The position numbers and the translations under genes were made by a program. Positions 7,245 to 16,764 of a stretch of DNA of 32,000 nucleotides are shown in pieces. How positions within the stretch are numbered: the stretch's first letter is position 1; the number at the start of each line of letters is the position of its first letter. Origin of the DNA: an uncultured Planctomycetia bacterium (GTDB taxonomy: Bacteria > Omnitrophota > Gorgyraeia > Duberdicusellales > 4484-171); the NCBI GenBank assembly GCA_964536865.1, contig CAZHYN010000006.1, forward strand, positions 39,172 to 71,171. Reading direction: 5' to 3'. The notes below the pieces were generated by a model, which searched no databases, was not told where the DNA came from, and was given only the letters and a program-made list of their open reading frames with translations.

Positions 7245-8153
7245 TCTCCTTTTTAGACAAATTTTTCTAATGAAAAATTTGGGGTTAAATTTTTCCATCA
7301 ACTCTTTATAAAATTTTGCCTCTTCGTTTTTACCTCTTTTTAATGCGCCCTTTATATAGATGCTACATTTTTTCTTTAGCTCTTCTATAGCTAAATTCCT
7401 TTTTTCCTCATCAAGAGTATTGTTTTCAAGTAATTTTTTTATAGCATATATTCTATATTTATCTAAAGCAGGATACTTTTTTGATTGTTGGTCAGGATGT
7501 CCTCCTTCTTTGATAGTTAAGTACTCAGGAATAAGCTTCACAGGGTATTTAGAAGTTACTCTCAGCCAAAAATCATAATCTTCACATACCGGCATATTTT
7601 CATCAAACTTTCCAATATCTTCAAATATACTTTTGTGAATGCAGGCAGTAGAGATGCTAATGCAACAGAGCCTTAAAGCATATTTAAAAACTATTCCTTG
7701 AGGTTTTTTGTGGTATTTCTTTTGAGGAAGAAGTTTTCCGTTTCTGTACCATATCTCCTCGGTATGGAATATCTTACAATCAGGATATTTTTTTATATAA
7801 CTATAAGTAATTTCTAGTTTATGATGAAGAAATCTATCGTCGGAATCAAGGAAGCAGATATATTTCCCTTTGGATTCGTTTATTCCCTTATTTCGTGCTG
7901 AACCAGGTCCTCGATTTTGCTGATAGAAATAGCGTATAGTTTTTAGGGGATAGCGTTTAGTGAAATCTTCTATTATTTTTTCTGTATTATCTGTAGAGCC
8001 ATCATCTACAATGATTAATTCAAAATCTTCAAAAATTTGATGGAGTACACTTTCTACAGCAATTTTAAGGAAATAGAAGCGGTTGTAAGTAGGGATGATT
8101 ATACTAAAAAACGGCATTTTCATAGGTAATTTTAGAATTATAGAATTTATCAA
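7230..8153 (-). CDS. family 2 glycosyltransferase
   Basis: FSIIIPTYNR, IIVDDGSTD, FLDSDD. The longest ORF starts at a TTG (8153). ATG starts at 8123 or 8117 (MPFFSIIIPTYN) are more likely and would overlap the upstream gene by 20 or 14 nt. Confidence 0.85.
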   Translation of the reverse strand: MINSIILKLPMKMPFFSIIIPTYNRFYFLKIAVESVLHQIFEDFELIIVDDGSTDNTEKIIEDFTKRYPLKTIRYFYQQNRGPGSARNKGINESKGKYICFLDSDDRFLHHKLEITYSYIKKYPDCKIFHTEEIWYRNGKLLPQKKYHKKPQGIVFKYALRLCCISISTACIHKSIFEDIGKFDENMPVCEDYDFWLRVTSKYPVKLIPEYLTIKEGGHPDQQSKKYPALDKYRIYAIKKLLENNTLDEEKRNLAIEELKKKCSIYIKGALKRGKNEEAKFYKELMEKFNPKFFIRKICLKRRSPFF

Positions 8154-8952
8154 AATCAGGCCTAATAAAGTAAAGTTTAAACTTATATTTTTTGTTCACT
8201 TGGAGAGCAGTCTCTTTTAATTTTTCTGAAAAATTATAGTAACTTTCCTTATCTCTGTAAATGTTTTCAATACTTTTACCAAGGCTTTCATCTACTTTCT
8301 TTATTTTTTCTAAAATCTCAAGAAAATTCCCCATTTTGCTATGGTAAAGTTCTATATTTACCTCAGTAGTTAATCCTTTCATAAGAGGAAAAATTTCTTC
8401 TAGAGAGCTAAGGTAAGGAATAAATGGACCAATGTGAATTCTTAAAGGTATACCTGCTCTTTTTATTTCTCTAATTACCGCTATTCTTCTTTTAAGAGAG
8501 GGCGAATTTTCCTCTACCAGAGATTTTATCTTTTCTTCAGAGAAATTGAAGGTAAAAAAAATACGATTTTTTTTGTTAACTTTAATGAGAGAGAGGTATT
8601 TTCGTATTAAAGGAGATTTGGTTAGAATTGTATAAGAAATATTGTTTTTGTTCAAGATTTGGATAATCTTTTTACTAATACCATAGGTTAATTCTGCGTA
8701 AGTAAAACATTCACAGCTAGAGCCCAAAATTACTTTCTCTACATTCCGGTATTTTAATTCTTTTTCCAGAATTAAGGGAGCATTAATTTTTATTCCCAAA
8801 GTTTCTCTATCTCTTTGAGCGGTTTTGGTGAATCTAGTATAACAGTATAAGCATCCGAATTCACATCCTCGGTAAGGGTTAATACAGAAAGGAGCTAGAC
8901 TAATTTGAGTAGGAACTAGAACCTTTTGAGTTTTGATAAGTTTAATTTCCAT
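8104..8952 (-). CDS. radical SAM protein, SplB-like 'DNA repair photolyase' (COG1533-type) family
   Basis: INPYRGCEFGCLYCY (CxxxCxxC in the NPY.GC..GC.YCY context). Overlaps both neighbouring genes. Confidence 0.7.
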   Translation of the reverse strand: MEIKLIKTQKVLVPTQISLAPFCINPYRGCEFGCLYCYTRFTKTAQRDRETLGIKINAPLILEKELKYRNVEKVILGSSCECFTYAELTYGISKKIIQILNKNNISYTILTKSPLIRKYLSLIKVNKKNRIFFTFNFSEEKIKSLVEENSPSLKRRIAVIREIKRAGIPLRIHIGPFIPYLSSLEEIFPLMKGLTTEVNIELYHSKMGNFLEILEKIKKVDESLGKSIENIYRDKESYYNFSEKLKETALQVNKKYKFKLYFIRPDFDKFYNSKITYENAVF

Positions 8953-10201
8953 CTCTGTAAAAAAGATTGTTGATAAAACTTTTCGTATGGGGAATTTTTT
9001 CTCTTTCTAAGATAGAAATTAGTTTTTTTACTCTAAAGAGTGTTTCTCTAGGTGGAAGATAGTTAGAAGAAAAGTAATCAATATAAGGGTTAATTTGAGC
9101 TATCTTAGGGATAAATTCTTTATTCTTTACTATGAATTCAGCTGTTTCCTGAAAATCTTTCTTTTCTTCTTGAGGAAAGCCAACTATCAAACTTACCTCA
9201 AAGTGCAAGTTTTCTTTTTTTAAAATCTTAAATAGCGCTAAGGCTTCTTCTTTAGTAAATCCTTTATTCATTGCTTCCAATACTTTATTAGATGCACTTT
9301 CTAACCCAATAAAAAGGTTAAAACATCCACTCTTCTTTAACAGTCTGGCTAAATCTTTAGTAAAATCCCTCTTTACTATTAGCTGAGCTTCCCAACTTAT
9401 CTTCAGATTCTTTCTTAATATGAGACTACAGAACTCCTCTAACCAATTTAGGTTGCCATTGATGAGAGAATCCTGAAAAACGAAATTATTAATTTTGTAT
9501 TTATCAACCAAAAAATTTATCTGTTCTGTCAAATAGAGAGGAGAATGTTGCCTGAACTTAACGGTGAGAAATTTTTCTGCACAAAATTTACACCTCCTTA
9601 TGCATCCTCTTGAAGAATAAAGAGGTAGCATCGATGAGTAAAATTCTATATTGCAATCATTAAATTCACAGAAGGGAATTTCATCCAGATTTTCTAACTC
9701 ATCATGGATAATTATCTTTTCCTTGGAGGAGTTTAAAATTCTTTCTATAGATTTCTCACCTTCTCCTATCACCCAGCTAAAATTATCGTTTAAATATTCT
9801 TTCCTCATTTTCATAAAAAGAACTTCCGGCCCTCCAATGACTATTTTTTTCTTAGGGTAAGCAGATTTTACTTCTTCTATAAAGGAGAAAGTAAAAGGTC
9901 TATTTCTTTTATAAAGAGAAAAGCCAATCAGATTTGCATTCTTTAATTTCTTGAAGATATTCTTTATGATTTGAGGGTGTTTTCTCTTTATTAAGGAGAA
10001 TAAATTCTCTTCAAACTTTTTATCTAAGGATAGCCAAGTTCTTTTGTCTGTGCCCAGGAGTTTGTAACAGAGGATGTTTAAATCTATTATTTTTACTTCA
10101 ATCTTTCTTTTTTTAGAATAATTTTTAATAAACTCTAAACCTAAAGGGGGTGTTTTAATCCAATGAGGGGGGCAGAGAAGGCAATAGACTAAAGCTTTCA
10201 T
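8942..10201 (-). CDS. B12-binding-domain radical SAM protein
   Basis: N-terminal Rossmann-like region of about 170 aa, then SSRGCIRRCKFCAE (CxxxCxxC). 11-nt overlap with the downstream radical SAM gene. Confidence 0.75.
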   Translation of the reverse strand: MKALVYCLLCPPHWIKTPPLGLEFIKNYSKKRKIEVKIIDLNILCYKLLGTDKRTWLSLDKKFEENLFSLIKRKHPQIIKNIFKKLKNANLIGFSLYKRNRPFTFSFIEEVKSAYPKKKIVIGGPEVLFMKMRKEYLNDNFSWVIGEGEKSIERILNSSKEKIIIHDELENLDEIPFCEFNDCNIEFYSSMLPLYSSRGCIRRCKFCAEKFLTVKFRQHSPLYLTEQINFLVDKYKINNFVFQDSLINGNLNWLEEFCSLILRKNLKISWEAQLIVKRDFTKDLARLLKKSGCFNLFIGLESASNKVLEAMNKGFTKEEALALFKILKKENLHFEVSLIVGFPQEEKKDFQETAEFIVKNKEFIPKIAQINPYIDYFSSNYLPPRETLFRVKKLISILEREKIPHTKSFINNLFYRDGN

Positions 10202-10229
10202 CTTATTATAATATTAAATTGAAGCAATT

Positions 10230-11342
10230 ATGATGGGTTATCATCTGTATATTCACATTCCCTTTTGTAAAAGTAAATGTCCTTACTGCGATTTCTACAG
10301 TTTACCTTACGAGGAAAGTCTAGCTCGTCAGTATATAGATATTTTATCTAAAGAAATCAGAAATTTAAATATAAATGTGACAACAACCTACATTGGTGGT
10401 GGTACCCCTACAGTGTTAAGTCCTAATCTATTAGATTCTCTACTTAAGAGTATGGAGAGGATAATTAGAAGATCCAAAGAAGTCACAATTGAGGCAAATC
10501 CTGAGAGTTTAACCGATGATAAACTAAAGTTATTCTTAAAAAAAGGAATAAACAGAATAAGCATTGGAATTCAATCTTTAAGAGAGGATAAATTGAAGTT
10601 TTTAGGAAGAATTCACTCTACTGGAGAGGGAATAGGTGCGGTTTATAAAGCAAAAAGAATTGGTTTCAAGAATATAAGTGTGGATTTAATCTATGGAGTA
10701 CCTTATGAAACCTTAGAAAGTTGGCGCAAAGAACTTAAAGCTATAGTAAAGTTGCCCGTTACTCATATATCTTGTTATAGTTTAACACCGGAAGAATCTA
10801 CCCCTTTCTATAAATTTAAAGAAGAGATAGATGAAGATACTGTTGCTCAGATGTTCCTCTACAATATGAATTATCTTCCTCGTAAGGGGTTTTATCATTA
10901 CGAGGTTTCTAATTTTGCCAAAAGAGATTATCAATGCAAACATAATTTAGCTTATTGGGATAACGCTCCTTATATTGGGTTAGGTCCGTCGGCGGTATCT
11001 TTTATAGAGGGAAGGAGAGTTAAGAATGTAGAGGATATCCAAAGATATATTGAAGGTAAAAACTCAAAAAAATACTTGATAATAGAGGAGAGACTTTCTC
11101 CTTTCCGTAGAGCTAAAGAAACTGTCTGTTTAAATTTGAGAAGGAAAGTAGGTGTGGAATTTGTCAGGTTTAGAGAAAAAACAGGTTTCGATTTTTGGGA
11201 GATAGAGGATAGAGATGTAGTAAGAAGATTAATCAAAAATGGCTTTCTTCGTTATAAAAAAAGAGGAAAAGAGATTATAGGGTTGTTTTTGACTAAAAAA
11301 GGATTTCTCTATGCTGATGAGGTATGTTCTGAATTAATTTAA
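10230..11342 (+). CDS. hemW: radical SAM heme chaperone HemW (HemN-like family)
   Basis: YIHIPFCKSKCPYCDF, IGGGTP, HISCYSL; 370 aa with a HemN_C-like tail. Confidence 0.85.
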   Translation: MMGYHLYIHIPFCKSKCPYCDFYSLPYEESLARQYIDILSKEIRNLNINVTTTYIGGGTPTVLSPNLLDSLLKSMERIIRRSKEVTIEANPESLTDDKLKLFLKKGINRISIGIQSLREDKLKFLGRIHSTGEGIGAVYKAKRIGFKNISVDLIYGVPYETLESWRKELKAIVKLPVTHISCYSLTPEESTPFYKFKEEIDEDTVAQMFLYNMNYLPRKGFYHYEVSNFAKRDYQCKHNLAYWDNAPYIGLGPSAVSFIEGRRVKNVEDIQRYIEGKNSKKYLIIEERLSPFRRAKETVCLNLRRKVGVEFVRFREKTGFDFWEIEDRDVVRRLIKNGFLRYKKRGKEIIGLFLTKKGFLYADEVCSELI

Positions 11343-11359
11343 TAATCCTATAATTTATT

Positions 11360-11387
11360 TTGCTACCACACAATTATTTGTTATAAT
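11360..11387 (+). promoter_or_regulatory. sigma70-like promoter for the tRNA-Thr locus
   Basis: -35 TTGCTA (11360-11365), 16-nt spacer, perfect -10 TATAAT (11382-11387). Predicts a leader of about 60 nt before the tRNA. Confidence 0.5.
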
Positions 11388-11403
11388 TTGTGGAAGTTTG
11401 TAT

Positions 11404-11458
11404 GCAAAGATAGAAATGCTAATATAATTCAGTTGGCAGAGTAATTCTGTATCTTTGC
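11404..11458 (+). other. leader hairpin abutting tRNA-Thr that encloses a D-arm-like tRNA fragment
   Basis: GCAAAGATA (11404-11412) pairs with TATCTTTGC (11450-11458), and the last 2 nt are tRNA nt 1-2. The loop contains GCTAATA-TA-ATTC-AGTTGGCA-GAGT, which resembles an acceptor 5' strand plus a D arm. Confidence 0.35.
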
Positions 11459-11528
11459 CGGGATAGCTCAGTGGTAGAGCAGGTGCTTCGTAAGCATCAG
11501 GTCGAGAGTTCGAATCTCTCTCCCGGCT
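11457..11528 (+). tRNA. tRNA-Thr (anticodon CGU), CCA not encoded
   Basis: GCCGGGA-TA-GCTC-AGTGGTA-GAGC-A-GGTGC-TTCGTAA-GCATC-AGGTC-GAGAG-TTCGAAT-CTCTC-TCCCGGC-T (72 nt). Confidence 0.93.
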
Positions 11529-11553
11529 TATAAATAGAGATACCAGATAACTC

Positions 11554-11578
11554 AGAGGTTCAAATCCTCTCTCCGGCT
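11554..11578 (+). repeat. orphan diverged tRNA 3' fragment (complete T arm + acceptor 3' strand + discriminator)
   Basis: AGAGG-TTCAAAT-CCTCT-CTCCGGC-T compared with the tRNA-Thr GAGAG-TTCGAAT-CTCTC-TCCCGGC-T. No matching 5' acceptor strand nearby. Ends 11 nt before the MFS start codon. Confidence 0.7.
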
Positions 11579-11589
11579 AAGGAGATGAG

Positions 11590-12849
11590 ATGTTTGTATC
11601 TTACTTTAAGGTCTTAAAAAGGAGAAATTTTTTTCTTCTATGGTTTGGTCAGGTAATTTCTCAATTTGGAGATCGTCTCACCCAGATGGCCCTGATAGGT
11701 TTAGTGTATGAGCTTATGCCTCATTCCTCTATGAGTTTAGCTAAGGTTATGAGTTTACCTGTGTTGGCGGTACTATTAATTTCCCCAGTAGCAGGAGTTT
11801 ATGTAGATAGATGGCAAAAAAGAAAGACTATGTATGTAAGTGATTTCTTAAGAGGAATATGTATAGCCCTTATTTTCATTCTGATTTTTAAGTTTAAAAC
11901 AATGATTTTTATCTACTTCCTTATTTTTCTTTCTTTTTGTGTAGGTAGATTTTTTATCCCTGCTAAGATGGCTATAATTCCTACTCTAGTAGATCAAAAG
12001 GATCTCCTCTTAGCTAACTCATTAGTTTCAATTACTGCTATGATTGCTGCTATTTTAGGTTTTGGTTTAGGGGGGATAATTGTAGAAAAGTTAGGTGTAA
12101 AAGTAGCTTTTTTAATAGATAGTGTGACTTTTTTCCTTTCTTCCTTAGCAGTACTTTCTATGAGGGTACAAGAAAGAGGGTTATTTAGTCCGAAGGATTT
12201 TCTTGATTTAAGTAAGCAAGCTATTGAAGAGGTAAAACGTTCTTTTATATTTGAGATGAAAGAAGGATTAAAGTATCTTCTTAAAAGTAAAGAGACCCGT
12301 TATGCTGCCCAGGTATTTTTTCTTCTTTTTTCCTGTTTAGGCTCTCTTTATGTAGTATTCATTGTTTTTATTCAAAATACCCTTTCTTCAGTTACTTTAG
12401 ATTTAGGATACCTTGCTGTAGGTCTGGGCACAGGGTTATTTGTGGGTTCTTTAATTTATGGAAAGATAGGTAAAAGGTACCCTTTTAAAAAATCAATAAA
12501 TGTATCTTTACTCATCAATAGTATTTATTTAATATCATTTGTTACTGTACTGAAGTTTCACCCCTCTAAATTTTTTGCTTTCTTTTCTTGTTTTCTTCTA
12601 GGAGGATTTTCATCTCCTGTTGTGGTGGGAATTAATGCTTTAATTCATAGTGAAAGTCAAAATATTTTTTGGGGTAGAATTTTTAGTTCTCTGGAAGTAG
12701 TGATGCATTTTGCATTTATAGCTTTTATGTTTTTATCTTCTTATCTAGCAGGATTTTTTTCTCCCTTTACAATAATTGTGAGTGTAGGTATAATTATATT
12801 CTTTTTTTCCTCCTTTAGATTACTTAATGAGCCTAAAGGCAATGATTAG
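11590..12849 (+). CDS. MFS transporter (EntS/MFS_3-like)
   Basis: 419 aa with about 12 predicted TM helices. N-terminus FFLLWFGQVISQFGDRLTQMAL is typical of this MFS subgroup. SD AAGGAG upstream. Confidence 0.8.
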   Translation: MFVSYFKVLKRRNFFLLWFGQVISQFGDRLTQMALIGLVYELMPHSSMSLAKVMSLPVLAVLLISPVAGVYVDRWQKRKTMYVSDFLRGICIALIFILIFKFKTMIFIYFLIFLSFCVGRFFIPAKMAIIPTLVDQKDLLLANSLVSITAMIAAILGFGLGGIIVEKLGVKVAFLIDSVTFFLSSLAVLSMRVQERGLFSPKDFLDLSKQAIEEVKRSFIFEMKEGLKYLLKSKETRYAAQVFFLLFSCLGSLYVVFIVFIQNTLSSVTLDLGYLAVGLGTGLFVGSLIYGKIGKRYPFKKSINVSLLINSIYLISFVTVLKFHPSKFFAFFSCFLLGGFSSPVVVGINALIHSESQNIFWGRIFSSLEVVMHFAFIAFMFLSSYLAGFFSPFTIIVSVGIIIFFFSSFRLLNEPKGND

Positions 12850-14128
12850 AGTAGAGGAATATAAGTTGCCTCAACATGATTTACCTTCAGAGAAATTTTT
12901 ACATCCCAAAAAGGTATATCTTCCTTTAAGCCAGCATATAGGCAAACCTTCCAAAGAATCGGTAGGTTTAGGAGACTTAGTTGATGAAGGGGAGCTTATT
13001 GCTAAACCGGGAGGAAAAGTTTCAAGTTCCCTCCATGCTCCTAAGAAAGGGAAGATTGTAGCCATAGAGTATTTTCCTCATCCTGTATTAAAAAGATATA
13101 AAGGTATTACAATTGAGTGTCAAGAGGAGGAGAAGAAATACTTTAGGACAAAAGACCCTTCTCTTTTGGACAAAGAGAAGATTTTACAGATTATAGAGAG
13201 TGCAGGAATAGTAGGAATGGGGGGAGCAGGATTTCCCACTCATATAAAGTTAAACCCTCCTAAAAAGATTGATACTTTAATTATCAATGGGTGCGAATGC
13301 GAACCTTACTTAGCTTGTGATTATCGATTGATGGTAGAAAATACTCAAGGGGTATTTGGAGGAGTAGAACTTATCTGTAAAATATTACAACCAAAGAGAG
13401 TTTTTTTCTGTATAGAAGAGAATAAGCCTGAGGCGATAAAGAGATTTAATTCTTCTATAAGTATCAAAAAGTATGACCTTCCTTCTCCTCAGATAGTAGT
13501 GTTAAAATCTTACTATCCTCAGGGAGGAGAAAAGCAACTTATCTATAAGGTGACTAAGAGGAAAGTTCCTTCAGGAGGGTTTCCTTTCGACGTGGGGTGT
13601 TTAGTTCAAAATGTTGCTACTTGTTTTTCTATTTATCAAGCAGTCTATTACTCTAAACCTCTCATAGAGAGATTGGTAACTTTCGCAGGAGACAGTCTCC
13701 TTAATCCTAAGAATATTTGGGTAAAGGTAGGAACTCTTATCAGTGAACTTTTTAAACAAGGTATTCTTCAATTTAAAAAAGAGCCTAGAAAAGTAATTTT
13801 GGGAGGACCAATGATGGGTATTGCTTTGGATAGTTTAGATTACCCTATTCTTAAAACTACCACTGGGGTGCTTTTTCTTTCCCAAGATAGAATAGACCAA
13901 GAGCCGGAACAAGAATGTATTCGTTGTGCAAGATGTGTGGATGTCTGTCCTATGGGCCTTTTACCTTTAGAATTTGTTAAAAGAATAAAACGAGGGGAAT
14001 TTGAAAAGTTAGATGAAGTTTTTATAAAAGATTGTATTGAATGTGGATGTTGTAGTTGGGGTTGTCCAGCAAAAATTCCCATCGTTCACTACATAAAGGT
14101 AGGTAAGTTGTATGGAACTCATAGTTAG
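12827..14128 (+). CDS. rnfC: Rnf electron-transport complex subunit C
   Basis: GMGGAGFPTH; two 4Fe-4S motifs, CIRCARCVDVCP and CIECGCCSWGCP. An alternative start at 12842 is possible. Confidence 0.9.
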   Translation: MSLKAMIRVEEYKLPQHDLPSEKFLHPKKVYLPLSQHIGKPSKESVGLGDLVDEGELIAKPGGKVSSSLHAPKKGKIVAIEYFPHPVLKRYKGITIECQEEEKKYFRTKDPSLLDKEKILQIIESAGIVGMGGAGFPTHIKLNPPKKIDTLIINGCECEPYLACDYRLMVENTQGVFGGVELICKILQPKRVFFCIEENKPEAIKRFNSSISIKKYDLPSPQIVVLKSYYPQGGEKQLIYKVTKRKVPSGGFPFDVGCLVQNVATCFSIYQAVYYSKPLIERLVTFAGDSLLNPKNIWVKVGTLISELFKQGILQFKKEPRKVILGGPMMGIALDSLDYPILKTTTGVLFLSQDRIDQEPEQECIRCARCVDVCPMGLLPLEFVKRIKRGEFEKLDEVFIKDCIECGCCSWGCPAKIPIVHYIKVGKLYGTHS

Positions 14129-15044
14129 TGTTGCTCCTCATCAACGTTCAAAAATAAGTATTCATTGGGCTATGCGTCAAGTTATCACCGCTTTAATCCC
14201 TGCTATTTTAGCTTCTATTATTCTTTTTAGAGAGAAAGCATTATTTTTAATTCTTAATTGTTCTCTTAGTTGTCTCTTAACTGAAGAGATAATTCTGAGG
14301 ATAAGGAGAAAACCTTCGCAAGCTAAAAATTGCAGTGCTGTATTAACGGGGATCCTTCTAGCGTTGGTTTTACCTCCTTCTACGAAGTGGTACGCGGCTA
14401 CCTTAGGGAGTGTATTTGCTATTTTTATAGGTAAACAAGTATTTGGAGGGTTAGGGCAAAATATTTTTAACCCTGCCCTGATAGGAAGGGCTTTTCTTGT
14501 AGCAGCTTATCCTAAGATGATGACTACCTGGATAAGCCCTTTTACTCTAGATGCAATAACCAAAGCAACACCTTTAGCTTTAAGGAAATTTGACCAAATT
14601 CTTACTCCCCTTAAAGACTTATTTATAGGTACGGTACCAGGGAGCTTAGGAGAGACTTCTGCTTTAGCTTTGATTATAGGAGGTATTTATTTGCTGATAA
14701 GGAAGGTCATTGATTGGCGTATACCTTTAACTCTTCTTCTTACTACTGTGATAATTTCTTCCATTTTTTACTTTATCGAACCTCTGAATGGTTCTCCTTT
14801 ATTTCACATCTTTAGTGGCGGTCTTCTTTTAGGTGCTTTCTTTATGGCTACCGATCCAGTTACAACTCCAGTTACCAAGAAAGGGAGGTATATTTTTGGT
14901 GTGGGATGTGGTATACTAATAATGATTATTCGTTACTTCAGTGGATTGCCTGAGGGTGTGATGTATTCTATCATTTTTATGAACGCTTTGGTTCCTCTCT
15001 TAAATAGATACACTCTCCCTAAGCCCTTTGGTTATGAAAGATAG
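14112..15044 (+). CDS. rnfD: Rnf complex subunit D
   Basis: Polytopic membrane protein; SVAPHQRS and FFMATDPVTTP motifs; position in the operon. Confidence 0.9.
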   Translation: MELIVSVAPHQRSKISIHWAMRQVITALIPAILASIILFREKALFLILNCSLSCLLTEEIILRIRRKPSQAKNCSAVLTGILLALVLPPSTKWYAATLGSVFAIFIGKQVFGGLGQNIFNPALIGRAFLVAAYPKMMTTWISPFTLDAITKATPLALRKFDQILTPLKDLFIGTVPGSLGETSALALIIGGIYLLIRKVIDWRIPLTLLLTTVIISSIFYFIEPLNGSPLFHIFSGGLLLGAFFMATDPVTTPVTKKGRYIFGVGCGILIMIIRYFSGLPEGVMYSIIFMNALVPLLNRYTLPKPFGYER

Positions 15045-15606
15045 TTTAAAATATAATCTAAGAGTAATTTTTGTTTTGACTTTTATTTCCTTGATTTGTG
15101 GATTTATTTTATCTTTTGTATTTAATTCGGCAAAAGCAAAGATTAAAGAGAATCAGAAAAAAGATATTTATCGTGCGATATACCAAATCGTAGATGATTG
15201 TAAAAACGTGGAGGAGAAAAGTATAAATGAAGAAACAATCTATTGGCTTTTTAACGATAAGGGCGAGCTAATCGGTTATGCTTACCTTTCTCAAGGTCAA
15301 GGTTATCAAGGAAAAATTAAAATTCTTTTTGCTATTGATAAAAGTATGGAGAGATTGTTAGGGATAGAAATTATAGAGAATGTGGAAACGCCAGGTTTAG
15401 GATCAAGAATTAATGAGGAAAGTTTTAAGAGCCAATTTAAGAATCTGAAGACCAACGTTCCTGTTGAATGTGTGAAATTCTTCCCTCAAAAGAAGAATCA
15501 GATTCAAGCTATTACCTCTGCGACTATCTCTTCCCGAGCAGTGGTCGGTATCCTTAACAAAGGGATACAAAATTTAAAGAGTCTTATTGAAGAAAATGAT
15601 AGGTAG
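15028..15606 (+). CDS. rnfG: Rnf complex subunit G (FMN-binding)
   Basis: N-terminal TM anchor. ITSATISSRAV matches the covalent-FMN S(G)AT motif region. Confidence 0.88.
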   Translation: MVMKDSLKYNLRVIFVLTFISLICGFILSFVFNSAKAKIKENQKKDIYRAIYQIVDDCKNVEEKSINEETIYWLFNDKGELIGYAYLSQGQGYQGKIKILFAIDKSMERLLGIEIIENVETPGLGSRINEESFKSQFKNLKTNVPVECVKFFPQKKNQIQAITSATISSRAVVGILNKGIQNLKSLIEENDR

Positions 15607-16183
15607 AATCTTTAAGGAAGGTTTGTGGACAAATCACCCTATATTTAGACAGCTTTTGGGTATGTGTCCTACTTTAGCTGTCACTACTACTGTTTTAAAT
15701 GGAATATCTATGGGATTAGCAGTAATCTTTGTACTTTTCTTTTCTTCGTTGGTAGTTTCTCTATTAAGAAAGGTGGTGCCTCATCAAGTTAGAATTGCTG
15801 TTTATACTATAATTATTGCTACTTTTGTTACTATAGTAGATATATTTTTAAAAGCAAATTTTCCCCAGATAAGTAAAGCTTTAGGACCTTATGTACCTCT
15901 AATTATCGTCAACTGCATTATCCTGGGAAGGTGTGAAGCATTCGCTTCTAAAAATAGATTAAGTTTAGCTCTTCTGGATGCTTTGGTGATGGGGGGAGGC
16001 TTTTTTTGGGGTTTAGTTACTTTAGCCTCAGTTAGAGAAATTTTAGGTCAGGGTACTATTCTGGGATATAAGATTTTACCCCCTAGTTTTAATCCCTTAA
16101 TAGTTATGGTTCTTCCCCCAGGAGCATTTTTGGTATTAGGTACTCTGGTAGCAATCATGAATAGATTAGAAAGAATAAAATGA
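15587..16183 (+). CDS. rnfE: Rnf complex subunit E
   Basis: LGMCPTLAVTT and a NqrD/RnfE-like six-TM layout. Confidence 0.88.
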   Translation: MKKMIGRIFKEGLWTNHPIFRQLLGMCPTLAVTTTVLNGISMGLAVIFVLFFSSLVVSLLRKVVPHQVRIAVYTIIIATFVTIVDIFLKANFPQISKALGPYVPLIIVNCIILGRCEAFASKNRLSLALLDALVMGGGFFWGLVTLASVREILGQGTILGYKILPPSFNPLIVMVLPPGAFLVLGTLVAIMNRLERIK

Positions 16184-16761
16184 AAGAATTAGTTTTAATA
16201 TTTATTTCTACAGTCCTTATTAACAATTTTGTCTTGACCTACTTTTTAGGAATCTGTCCATTCTTAGGTGTTTCTGGTAGGCTTTCCTCAGCTATAGGAA
16301 TGGGATTTAGTGTTATTTTTGTAATGACTTTTGCTTCTAGTATAGTATGGTTAATATATCATCTTATTCTAGTGAAACTTAATTTAGTATTTTTAGAGTA
16401 TATAGTCTTTATCCTGGTCATTGCTAGCCTAGTTCAAATAGTAGAGATGTTTGTAAGGAAGTATTCCCCCTCGCTTTATCAGGCTTTAGGAATTTATTTA
16501 CCTTTAATTACTACTAATTGTGCTATTTTAGGATGTGCTCTCTTTATGGTAGCAAGAAATTATAATTTTTTAGAAGCGGTTGTTTATGGATTTTCTGCAG
16601 GATTAGGATTTACTGTGGTTCTTTTGGTTATGGCAGGGATAAGGGAGGATCTTAACTATTGTGAGGTTCCTAAAGTATTTAGGGGAGCACCTATTACTCT
16701 TATTACCGCAGGGCTGCTAGCTTTATGTTTTATGGGATTTTCAGGGCTTATAAGAGCTTAA
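16180..16761 (+). CDS. rnfA: Rnf complex subunit A
   Basis: NNFVLTYFLGICPFLGVS and ITTNCAILG are typical of RnfA/NqrE. ATGA overlap with rnfE. Confidence 0.88.
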   Translation: MKELVLIFISTVLINNFVLTYFLGICPFLGVSGRLSSAIGMGFSVIFVMTFASSIVWLIYHLILVKLNLVFLEYIVFILVIASLVQIVEMFVRKYSPSLYQALGIYLPLITTNCAILGCALFMVARNYNFLEAVVYGFSAGLGFTVVLLVMAGIREDLNYCEVPKVFRGAPITLITAGLLALCFMGFSGLIRA

Positions 16762-16764
16762 GTT

